From: Azolla caroliniana
Lineage: Eukaryota > Plantae > Polypodiophyta
Assembly: GCA_043228905.1 (NCBI GenBank)
Contig: JBHGNT010000010.1
Span: 1,178,001-1,242,000 of the forward strand
Length of the DNA stretch: 64,000 nt
Direction of reading: 5' to 3'
Below the pieces are notes generated by a model, which was not told the DNA's origin, did no database searches, and was given only the letters and a program-made list of their open reading frames with translations. Of this stretch, positions 47,983 to 59,538 are shown piece after piece. Within the stretch, counting starts at the first letter, position 1; each line of letters opens with the position of its first letter. A program made the position numbers and the translations under genes.

Positions 47983-50900
47983 GACAGGATGAACTCGCCA
48001 AATATTTCATTGATTATTCGTTGGAAGGTCACCGGCGCAGTCTTGAGCCCGAACATCATTACCACTGCGACGAAAACTCCCCATTCGGTGAAGAACGTCA
48101 TCTTGTCTTGGTCGTCGGGGTGCATCCTTATTTGATTGTAGCCACTGAAACTTTCATGACCGGCTACTGCGTCCAGGACTCCATCTGTAAATGGAAGTGG
48201 AAATGCATCGGTCACTATTGCCACATTGAGTTTCCGGTAGTCGACACACACCCGGATCTTACCATTCTTTTTCGGCACGACGACTATGGGGCTTAACCAT
48301 GTAGCTTTCTTCACTGGTCGGATAAAACCAACTCGTAGCAACTTGTCAATTTCCTCTTTCACCTTGGCCGCATAGTTGGGGTTCATTCGGTAACGTCGTT
48401 GTGCTACTGGTTTGGCATCCTTACTGAGATGTATCTGGTGTTGGTACAACTGAGGATCTAGCCCCTGCATGTCTTCATATGACCAGGCGAATATGTCCCA
48501 GAATTCCTTTAATAAAGTGATCATCGTTGTCTTGTTGTCCAGTGACATTTCCTTAGCAATATGAACCAGTCTTGTGTCGTCCCCGGTTCCTAAGTTCACT
48601 TCCTCTAACTGGGATGCTTTCACACGTTGGGATACCGCCATCTCCCTCTCCAGGGCTTCCTGTGCTTGCCTTAATTCTCTGATAGCTTCCCAGTCTGGTT
48701 CCTCGCCGGCATCATCCGATTGTGTTATATATGGTGACACCGCTTCTGCCACATCGATTTCAAATAGGGGTACAATTTTTGAGTTTTCTTCTAAGTATTG
48801 GTCGATCTCTTCGTCCGCAAGCCCCTCAATCATGTTTACACCTTCTGCATATAGCAGTGTCAACTCCTTCCCGGTACTTGCTCGAGGGTGGGTAGGTACC
48901 CTTACTTTAGTCTTTCCTCGCCAGAAGGTAATCATGTTTTTCCGCCAGTTATGTTTGATATGCGCCGTTTTTAGCCATGGGCGGCCCAGAAACAACGGGT
49001 AAGCCCCTTGCGCATTGAGCTGGAGAACCACCACCGAAATGCGGAATGCGTGTCCTCCGATAGTTACGTCTAGATCCCGTATCAAAACAGTAGGTCTTAC
49101 CGAACTGGTATTCGCCATCTGGAGCCAAAACGGGCAAGGCTCCCATTCCTGAATTCCTAGGGTATTACAAGTCCGTAGACTGATCACGTTCATGCCCGAT
49201 CCTCCGTCCACAATCGTCCCTGGTAGTTCTTGTCCTTTGACGATGGCGGTGATTGTCGGACTGTTCGTGTCCACACCCTTCTTCTGGATTTGAGAAGAAC
49301 GCAGGAGCCGGCAACGGAATTGATGTGGCCATTCCTGATTTCAGCCCTTTCCGGGTGTTGCTGGATTCGGCGTTCGCTCCGGTACCCGGTTGAGGTTCTA
49401 TTGGTGGTCGGTTGGGTGCTTGGCCTTGGTCTAGTTGGGTACTTGGCGTGCCCCTGTCCGGCTGCCAGTAGCGGTCCTCCTTTCTAGCGTTCCATTTTTA
49501 TCGAAGCATTTTTTGTTCCGGTAACCCTATCGAGGCCGATTTTCATAATTGCCCTGATCCTCCCTCCGTTGGTTGTAACTGGGAGAGTGATCCCGGTTGT
49601 ATCGCTCATATTGTTGACCGTTGTAATCTCGGTAGCTATCCTGCCGGTCTCGGTCGTGAGCCTCCTTTTTGTCACTGTTCCGGATATCTTGCGCTGGCCG
49701 GTACCGCTCATCTCGCAGCCAGCGTTCTTCTTCCTCCTCCTGATTATTCCGAGGTTTGATTTGCCTTACCAGTGCCACTTGCCGGTTCAGCAACTTATAT
49801 TGGCATTGGTCCATTGTGTGTGCCCTAGAATGGCATAACATGCACTGTGTCCGCATGGTACACTCTATTGCCGAGTGCCCGTCATTGAAATAAGTCGTAC
49901 ATTGTATAGCTTGCCGAAAACGTAGGTCGTCTTCTGTCGGTAATGTATGCTGGAGTGCCCCCATTGTTAGCCATGAGCTTGTTTTCTCCATCTCCCTGAC
50001 CCTTTCTATGACTTGGTCGATCGTGCTGGTGCGGAAATCAATCATTGCGCACACCGTACGCAGGGGTTCCCGAAGTGATGCTAGGAATATTGCTTTAGCC
50101 TCTACTTTCGGTGGTGCCTAATTTAGTTGGCTGTGCATTCGCTGGAACCGGATTACAAATTGTTGAATGGTTTCCGTGTGTTCCTAACGTATGGTGTAGA
50201 ATAGGCCAACCATCTCTCGTTGATCCACCTCCTTGTTGAAGAACTATAAAAATCTGGTTTTGAAGCCCTCAAACGTCGTGATGGTGTCGGGAGGGTGCGT
50301 CAAGCGCCATCGCGTGCCTAGTCCTTCCAAGGTCATGCCGAACTCTGCAATCATCGAGCGTTCTGCTTCGTCGGCGGTCAAGCGTTGCAACACATGGTTT
50401 GCTTCCCATGTTTGTAGAAATGCATAGACATGAGCTTCCGCGTCTGGATCATTCCGGTAATTGGGATATTGGAACGACATATCGTCGTCTGGTGTCGGAA
50501 CACGGGCTGGTGCTATCGAAGGTCTCCCCTCCTCTTCTTTCGGTGTCAGAGGTCTTTCCTCCTCGTCTTTTAGTGTCTCATGTGGCGGTGTTGGAAGTTG
50601 ATCCACCACTTTCCGGTCTGGGGCTTCCAGTTCCGTTAACTCTGGTTCCGGTGTCGGCAAGGTATCCGACTACTCGTCCTCCGGTCCGTCTAGGGTGTCA
50701 TGGCTGCTACGGTAATTCGAATGGGCGCTGCATTTGCCGTCCAAATCCGATTCGAAGGCCGAGAATGGTTCCAAATCGCCTCCCCCTATTGCTAGGGCTT
50801 GCAGAATGAATTCCGTGTCCCGGAGACTGCTCAAGCTACTTCCTTCGTTCGGTTGGGATCTCTTCTGCCGCTCGCCGGATTACTTTGGAAAATGACCAAT

Positions 50901-51521
50901 CCACACGGATCTCTTTCTGCCGCCTGCTGGAAAGCCTCTCGCTTTCACAATTGTTCGGCAACTCTTCTTGCTCGCTCCGTAACCGGGTCGTTTGTTGGTA
51001 TAGTCATCCATGCCCGTCGTTGTTCACTGCGTTTGTGCAGGAATCGTGGTCACCAAAAACTCTGTTATCGCTAGGGCCGGACAATGGCCTAACATAGGGT
51101 GTCCCTTTGAGACACTTCACCAAAGGGTGTTGTGGTAAGATAAAGTTAGACCGACTATTTATGAAACCCTATTTGGTTACTAAGCGGTTAGATCATTAGT
51201 CACAATACACGCGTAGGATAAATTACAGTTAGCACAGAACGGTAATTAACAATGTTTAAGATACAAAAAAACAAGACTCTACTAATTATCCGCCAATGAT
51301 TACAATCTAACCGGGCCCTTTTATAGGTCTCTGGCTCTAGGTACAAACCGGTGCCAACCGGCACCGGCTACGAACCGTTCTGGATCCGGATCGGCATACC
51401 GATTCCGGGTCCGTCCATTCGCTTCTCAAAATCACAATAATTCTATATTATATATATAATCAGCTCCCGGTTATTAATTATCCCCTTCTTCCATTCTGGA
51501 CTTTCCTTGCTGGCTAGTTAA

Positions 51522-51567
<46 letters not shown>

Positions 51568-51747
51568 CTTCTCTTGTGCTTCCGTCTTAGTACTAATCTT
51601 CATAGTACTTTCCTCCTCTATCTCTAGTACTAATTCCCTCTCCATCTTTAATACTATTCTTGACAGTTTGAACTGAATTTCTCCCTCATCTTCGTATCCT
51701 TCCTTCCTCTAATACTATGTCAACTTGTAAACGATTACTTGCAGATG

Positions 51748-52239
51748 CGTTAGAAAACAGAGAAAGTAGGGAATACACAGAGTACGCGGGAGAGACAGAG
51801 AGAGTAGAATGCAAAAGCTATATTCAAAAACGATATAATTACTCTGTACATACAATTATGCTCAGTAGCATTATTTATACAAGTCCTCGTGGGACTAACA
51901 GAAGTACCGCGTACTTCAATGCTCACACGAGCATCTGACACTTACTATGAGACTATAATTGCCTAGTAGTCTACACTAACACTAGGCTTCTAGTTATTGA
52001 TTGGATCCGACTAACCGGCTCCCCAGCTCACCGACTCTGTTGCTTGCTGGCTCGGTTGCTCACAGCTTACCGATCCGTCTTGCTTGCCGGCTCAGGCTTA
52101 TTCAGCCGATCCGGCTCCAGTTGAGCTTGCCGCTCAACACTCCCCCTCAAGCTCAACTTGAGGTTGGATCCTAGTGTCAGTCTCTATGGCAGTCGGTTCT
52201 TCCAACCGACTTCTCCTGGCTTCGCTTCGCCTTGCTCGT
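51748..52239 (-). mobile_element. 3' LTR (51748-52139), PPT and 3' UTR stub of a D-family copia
   Basis: Reverse complement of ~44415-44870; interrupted at 52240 by the Trp-family LTR. Confidence 0.88.
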
Positions 52240-52852
52240 TGTCGCGAAGAAAACCGGCCATAGGCGGAATCGAAGAAAAAGGCGCATGAACCAACTCTTA
52301 CACGGGTGGACGCGAGGATTGATATATTGTACATAATTCGTAATTAGGGCGACTGGTGTAAATACTAGGTAGTGCACATTTATTAGGGGATTTTGTGCGT
52401 ATCTCTGTCGACAGGGACAGGGAATAAAGCAGTTTGGTTGAGGAAAGGGGGCACCCCTTTTGTGGGGAACTATATAAGGAGGGAGAGGAGGAAGGAACAG
52501 GCATCGCGCGCTAGGGAGGACGAAGTGCTGCTGTAGATCTGAGGACCGAGCTCTCTCCTCTCCTCCTCCGGCCGTCAGTCTCTATGGGTCAGGAGCTCGC
52601 TGCCTCTGCTTCGTGGACAGCCCGTGTGCTTCCACCAGAGTCTCTCCCCCTTTGTTTTGTTTCTGGGAGTCGAGCGAGTGTTGTCTCTGTGTGTGAGTAG
52701 AATCCCCGGGTCGGTTCCATCGCCGCCTTGTCGATTGTAACTGTTAGGGTCACATTCTCTTGTTATTGTAATTTCTTGTTATTGTAATCTCTTGTTATTG
52801 AAATCAAGTATTACGTTCTATATCTCTCCTTCTCGCTCCGCGTATCTACAAA

Positions 52853-52917
<65 letters not shown>

Positions 52918-52973
52918 CATCGGTTCAAGACCCCCATGGTCCCGCCCCTTCTACACGCACGCGCATAACAACA

Positions 52974-53954
52974 TGTTGGGAGACAGGTCCCTCCGGATGG
53001 GAAGGGAGAAGAACAGTGCCGATGAACAAACTCGGCCGAGGCCGATAGGCCTCGGTCGAAACCGGATGAGGAGTACCCGGCTACGGAGAGCCGGATGGTG
53101 CAGGCCCGGTGTGAACCGGATGAGGAGTGCCCGGCTACGGAGAGCCGGATGGTGCAGGCCCGGTGTGAACCGGATGAGGAGTACCCGGCTACGGAGAGCT
53201 GGATGATGCAGAACCGGTGTGAACCGGATGAGGAGTGCCCGGCTACGGAGAGCCAGATGGTGCAGGCCCGGTGTGAACCGGATGAGGAGTGCCCGGCTAC
53301 GGAGAGCCGGATGGTGCAGGCCCAGTGTGAACCGGATGAGGAGTACCCGGCTACGAAGAGCCGGATGGTGCAGAACCGGTGTGAACCAGATGAGGAGTGC
53401 CCGGCTACGGAGAGCCGGATGGTGTAGGCCCGATGTGAACCGGATGAGGAGTACCCGGCTACGGAGAGCCGGATGGTGCAGAACCGGTGAGAACCGGAGG
53501 AAGAGACATATTCGTAAATATGTTTCTGAGAGACCATCGAGGCTATATTTGTAAATAGCCGAAAAGTCATATTACTATAAATATTACTTAGGGCAAACTT
53601 TTAGTTGTGGTTGTCATTTTTTGTTTTGCACGAGATTAGTGTGCGTAACTGTACAGAGAGAGAGAGAGAGAGAAAGAGGTCGTTGCCTCTGTTGTAACCG
53701 CCGCCTGTGGCGAAGATTTGTGAGCACGAGGTCGGTGCCTCAGTGAACTCACTATTGTATATTCCTACATAGTGACAGTTTGCAGCCTGTGGGCTGCCGT
53801 GGTTTTTTCCCCTAGTTTGGGGTTTTCCACGTAAACCTCCTGTGTATTCTCTCCTTCTTTGTGTCGCGTTTTATTTCCCGTTTTCTGTGTATCATTCTAA
53901 GCTTGGTTGAGGCCGAGCGTTGCGCATAAGGAACGTTGGGTTCCCGTCACAACA
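52974..53954 (+). repeat. Solo LTR related to the A/B copia family, with ~8 x 54-bp tandem repeats
   Basis: TGTTGGG...CACAACA; flanks CAACA/CGACA (5-bp TSD, one CpG transition); shares GGTCCCTCCGGATGGGA and GGCTATATTTGTAAATAGCC with A/B LTRs; array ~53059-53490. Confidence 0.9.
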
Positions 53955-54577
53955 CGACATATTTGGTGAACCCGACGTGAACGGGGCGGCAAAGGAGTTG
54001 AAAGATTAGGGGATCGGAGCTAGCAGAGGCAATGGCGGTGGCCGTCGACCGGCTGGTGAGCGCTCATGAGGGGACGGGTACCCTCGATAGAGCCATTGAA
54101 TCGATCGTCGGCTCTATAGGCCGTTTCGGAGGGAAAGACGCCACAAGTTATTTGGAGGCTTACCAGGCCGAAATGATCATGAGGGATATCCCGGTGGACA
54201 GGCAGTTGTCCGGATTCCCTCGGGTGGTGACGCCGGGCATCCACGCGGAGGTGCTCGAGGTGCTGGCCGGATGCCAGACTTGGGAGGAGTTCGAGCTGCA
54301 GCTCCTCGAGAAGTACGGGTTTGATGACTCGCTTCGGCTGTCGAGGTGGGACTTCATGGCGTGGGTGGAAAGCCCCGGAAAGGGGAGGAACACGTCGGTG
54401 CTCCTCCAAGAGTTCGAAAAACGGTTCGCGCGACTATCAACGCTGGACCAGACGATGCTCGAAACAAGTCGAGTACTATTGTTTGTCAAGTCGGTGGACG
54501 CGCTCGACGGGGAAAAGGTGGGTCCCCTATTGGAAATGGACAAAGGGCTCACGGCAGACTGGGCTGTGGTAAAACGG

Positions 54578-55228
54578 TGTCGCATTATTACGTGCATGCG
54601 TGTAGAAGGGCGGGACCGCGGGGGTCTTGGACTAGGGAGTGGAGGAGAAAGATTAGCTCAAGAGGAGAAGAGAACGAATATGATATTATGATAGAAGAAG
54701 AAGATGCAATCAAGATACTCAACAAGAAGTTCTATTAAGAAACGAATGATTACAACAAATGGTGGCCGCCATGGCCACACCAAACGACTATATGGAAAAC
54801 CCTAAAGGAAAACCCAAGAAGGAAAACCCTAACCAAACCCTAACGCTTGACCTACGTGGTATACCTCGCACACTCAAAATAGGCAACCCCCCACAATGGT
54901 GCCTTCTCTCTCCTTTTATAGCACAAGGAGGGAAGACCGCTTACAAAAGTGAGACTAAAATATCCCCTTTCATTGAAAGGGGATATTTGCCTTGATTTGG
55001 GGGAGGGTGAGATTGATGGCCCCTTAACTCCCCCCTCCACACAAACAACTAGGTACCTATGTACCGCATAGTACCTCTCTCTCTCTCTCGCATGGATGTG
55101 CGTACAACCACATCACCTTTATACCTTTATTACTATTACAAATACATTATGTACGTGTGCAACGTTGCACATCGCTCTTTGGCTCTCGTTGCTCGGGTTT
55201 CCGCTTGTGGACGAAAATCTTCACAACA
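54578..55228 (-). repeat. Solo LTR of the Trp group inserted in T3 gag
   Basis: TGTCGC...TCACAACA; 4-bp TSD ACGG; removing it restores WAVVKRVCNRFDKRR. Confidence 0.9.
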
Positions 55229-56315
55229 ACGGGTCTGCAACCGTTTCGACAAACGGCGCGATTGGAGCGACGGAAGCTCGTCGGGGTCGGGGCCGGTCCT
55301 GGAGAGGAGGCTCGAAGAGCCGGTATCGGTGCCGGCCAGTAGGAAGGAAGAGACCCGAATCTGGCCGGAATCGGGGTCGGCATCGAATGACGTGGTGAGA
55401 GGCCCATCCGGAGGAGAGGCTCTGGAGGAGCTGACACAGATGGTGCGTGACCTACAGATCGCACAGGCCCGAAGAGACAGCGGCGAACAACCTCGTGACC
55501 GGAGGCCGCCGGCTGGGCAGGGTGCATGTGGTGTGACGCGATCGGTCACGTTCGGAAGGATTGCGCGGATTTCGCCGACGCTCTCAGGACCAACGTGGTG
55601 TACCTCTGGAACGGGCGGGTGCACGCGAGCGAGACCAGGAGAGCCCTAGAACTGAATACGGGGCGCGGCAGAATGAAGAGGTTGATGGAAGAGGCCGCGG
55701 CACGACACGTCAAAGCCGTTAACTACTCAGTGTCCACGGGAATTCGGGTCGGGGGTGATGAGACCCGGAAGGCGAAGGACTCCGGATTCTGGCCGCTAGT
55801 GCTAGAAGGCCTCTCTGGAGTTCGGCTGAAGAAGGAAGAGGCAGACCGCGCGGAACAGCGGGTCCAGGAGGTCACCGGTTGGGACGATCCGGTCGAAGAG
55901 AAGACGGGCTTCGTAGAAGCCGCTTGCCAGAACTACGAGGTTCTAGTGGAAGACAAACGGGCAGGAAAGGCTGGAGGGGTCGGTCCCCCGCAGAGGTACG
56001 AGACCCGGTTCAGACCGAAACCGGCCAGTGCCGGCAACCCAGGCGTGCCGGATGGGAAGAAGCAGGCGGGGTTTTGGTTGAGCACCGAAATCGAGAGAGC
56101 AACGGACCTACGGAAGGTCCTTGAAGAGCGGATCCTCGATAGTAAAGTGGAGTTGTCGTTGCGGGAGGTGCTCGGAATCGCCAAGAGGGAGTTCCACAAC
56201 TCTATCGTCGACTTGGTGAAGCGGAAGAGGCTCTCGACAGAGCCAGAACCAGAGAAGCCGGTGGAAGTGCGGACCACGCACTTGGAAGAAGAAGCCCTAG
56301 AAGACGAGTTGGCGG

Positions 56316-56684
56316 TGTTGGTAGACAGGTCCCTCCGGATGGGAAGGGAGAAGAACAGTGCCGGATGGAAACGGTATGAACCGGATGGGGAGAACCCGAC
56401 TTCGGAGAGTCGGATGGTGTAGGCCCGGTATGAACCGGATGAGGAGAACCCGACTTCGGAGAGTCGGATGGTGTAGGCCCGGTATGAACCGGATGAGGAG
56501 TACCCGACTGCAGAGAGTCGGATAGAGCCCATCGAGGCTACATTTGTAAATAGCCGAAGCGTCATATTAGTATAAATATGACTTAGGGCAAACTTTTAGT
56601 TTTGTTGTAGTAGTAGTAGTAGTAGTTGTCGTTTTGATATGATTCTTCCTTGTTGGTGCAAGAAGAGATCAGAGCGCGTAACTG

Positions 56685-56724
<40 letters not shown>

Positions 56725-57000
56725 AGGTCGTAGCCTCTGTTGTAACCGCCGCCTGTGGCGAAGATCTGAGAGCACGAGGTCGTTGCCTCAGTGATCTCAC
56801 TGTTGTATATCTCTGCATAGTGACAGTTTGCAGCCTGTGGGCTGCCGTGGTTTTTTCCCCTATTTTGGGGTTTTCCACGTATACCTCCTGTGTACCATTT
56901 CTCCTCTTTTGTGTCGCGTTCCATTACCTGTTTTTCTGTGTGTGAAAAGAATCTCGGTTGTGGCCGAGCGTCGGACATAAAGAACGTCGAGTTCTCAACA
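56316..57000 (+). repeat. Solo LTR related to the A/B copia family
   Basis: TGTTGG...CTCAACA; perfect TSD GGCGG; similar to 52974-53954 with fewer repeats. Confidence 0.93.
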
Positions 57001-58747
57001 GGCGGGAAGCCACAACACGAAGCCGCATTGGGCCAGGGCAACTATGGAAACCCTTGTACGGATCGGCAATGTCCTGGAACCGGCGGTGGCATTGGTAGAC
57101 CATGGGTCCGAAATCAACCTGATGTCCATGGATTTCTACAAGAAGGGTAAATGGCCGATCAACACCAAGCACGGCTGGAAGATACGAGCGACGACGCGCG
57201 CCACAGAAGAACTACATGGGGCCTGTCCGAACGTACAGGTGAAAATCAGCGACATTGAGATTGACCAATAGTTCTTCGTGCAGGAGACGTCCTTGCATCC
57301 GGTTATACTAGGAGAGCCATACATCACAGCGGCACGGATGGAGACCAAGGTGCTGGACAACGGTTCAACCTATGCAAGAGTCAAGAGCCAGGACAGGTGT
57401 CACTCGGTCCAGTTCCTAACGGTGCGACCAAACCACGAGCGTAACCACGGGGCCCTCAGCGGCGAAACCCGAGGGGATATTTAGAGAGGGCTATCGAGGC
57501 ATGGGGCTATGATAGTCCGGACACCCGGGAAGAACCCCACAAATGTATAGTATGGAAGAAGACTTGTACCATAGGTAGGAAATTTTGGTTCTCCGACAAC
57601 GGAGGTTGTACTATAACTGGCGTCAACGGCCGGGAGAGGAAGCGAGCGGAGGAGTGGCTCAGGGGATGCGGAGTCCTCTTCCCCGACGAAGACATCAACG
57701 GCGCCGTGGAGGCGGTCTCTTTTGACGACACCTTGGGCAAACTGCAAAACGTGATCGGTGAAGACCTTAGAGAAGACAGGACCATTTCGGTAGGGTCAAT
57801 GGGAATGTACGAAGTCATCGCGGACTTCGGGGAAAGGATCGGATCGGATCGAACGGCCCGCGTGGATACAAAGTACAAGACTGTGGACCGGAAGGTGAGG
57901 CCAGTTGCGGCACCCTTGCGGGAGGGCAGCGAGGAGCGGATAAAAGGGGGTCGCGTCGGACCCAAGTTTACGGAATCCGGCTAGCATAGGGCACCGGTTC
58001 ACCGACATAACGCTACGGGAGCTCAAGCTCGGTGGGGGCGGCTTTCTACTACCGGCGGAGGAGGACCGGTTTCGGAGAATGCACGAGAGGCACGGGAAGG
58101 ATTTCGCATTCTCACCGGAGGAGATCGGGTGCGTAGACCCGATAGTTGTCGAACCAATGGTGATCTTCACGGTACCGCATGTACCGTGGAATCTCAAGCC
58201 GATTCTTGTCCCGAGAGCTCACATCCCGAAGTTGATGGAGCTCTTGAAGCAAAAGGTGGAGAAAAAATTCTAATCACACACCCACACCCAACCCCAAAAA
58301 GAATCTAAACTTTACCCTAAACCCTAATCCAAAACCTAAGTCTAACCCAAACACTAACTCTAATTCCAAAAATACCACTAACCCTTTTCCTAACTCTCCC
58401 CTAACCTAAACCACCGCTCCAATAATAACTCCAAACAAGCGCAACGTCCTCGTCATCGAGCATCTAACCTCCTTTTCACCTGCAACACCGCAACTAATGA
58501 GGTTAAACAAGCATTTAAACCTTATCCCAACCATGGAGGGCCTCAAGTTCTTTTTCATAACTGAAACTTTGCCAATAATGAACCGCACCATTCTCGCTCA
58601 CCACAAGCTTTCGCAACGATAGGCCTCGGTCATCTCCCCGCTCATATAAGTCCTCCGGCTCCTAACACTGTCCCCGAGCTCCATCCACCATACTATCGTC
58701 AACCGCACCTGCCAAACATTACAAGACAACAATTTCAACACTCTGTT

Positions 58748-59482
58748 ATGAATCAAAACCGCCAACAAAACTTCCTGCCGCCGCCGCCGCCCCTTTTCCG
58801 CCGTACACATGGTACGCCCTACAATAATTGGACATCACAGAAACATGATCCACTGCACAATAACCAGCAACATGTCGTGGTTGATCGCGGCCTATTTCAT
58901 CAATCGTTCCCCCCCCCTATTGTAAACGAGTATGGGACTGTGTTGGACAACCATCTCGTGCACCCTTCCCCCTCCCTACATGGTGCGTTGTTTGGGACTG
59001 CGCAAGGCAGCCAACACACATTCGCGCCGCCCCTCCTTCCCACCCCTCATCCATGCTCACAACAGCCTCACCTCTCACGTTTTCAGAATCCTAATTACTC
59101 CCATTTCTCTGTTCCCTCCTCACATCCCCCTTTGTCTTCATATGGAGGCAGCCTCTATGAACAAATGCCTCCTCCCCTCCCCTCTCCCTCTCAATTATTT
59201 CCATATCTCATACATGCCCCTACATTACTTCCCGATAATCTAACTCATGCCCCCCCACATTTTTTTACCCCATTTGTTGAAACCCCCCCCTCTAACTCAT
59301 ACTCTACCCCTCCCTCGTATCTTAATAAACCTCCTTCTTATTATCCCCTCTCTAATATAAAAACCCCCTTCACCCACCACACCACCCCTCCCTCCTATCC
59401 TAATCATAAACATTATAGAAATACACCACACTCCACTAATCTTCCCCCTACCACACACCATAGGAACCCACCTTCTAGCTGA
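58748..59482 (+). CDS. Pro/His/Ser-rich upstream ORF of the PLE, unknown function
   Basis: 244-aa ATG-initiated low-complexity ORF whose stop overlaps the opening of the RT frame. Confidence 0.45.
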   Translation: MNQNRQQNFLPPPPPLFRRTHGTPYNNWTSQKHDPLHNNQQHVVVDRGLFHQSFPPPIVNEYGTVLDNHLVHPSPSLHGALFGTAQGSQHTFAPPLLPTPHPCSQQPHLSRFQNPNYSHFSVPSSHPPLSSYGGSLYEQMPPPLPSPSQLFPYLIHAPTLLPDNLTHAPPHFFTPFVETPPSNSYSTPPSYLNKPPSYYPLSNIKTPFTHHTTPPSYPNHKHYRNTPHSTNLPPTTHHRNPPSS

Positions 59483-59538
59483 CCAAAAAACGACTAGCAC
59501 GGCATGCTAAGCGTGTTAACAAACACTTTAGACACGCC

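Larger units (their letters stand above)
31827..51523 (-). mobile_element. Non-chromoviral Ty3/gypsy P2 (Phygy-like) with extra 3' ORF; hosts copia D
   Basis: Direct LTRs 31827-32288 and 51063-51523 (TGTTA...TTAACA); gag ~49484-50660, PR-RT 47940-49274 (IVDGGSG, VFLDNF), RNase H 46570-47223, integrase 45366-46560 (KWGLDFVGP, LISDQG, QANGLAE). Confidence 0.92.

Noticed and set aside
53059-53490. Regular 54-bp array as a CRISPR array or repeat-protein gene
   Set aside because: No unique spacers and no cas genes; it lies inside a TSD-flanked solo LTR, and the ORFs are by-products of the repeat.
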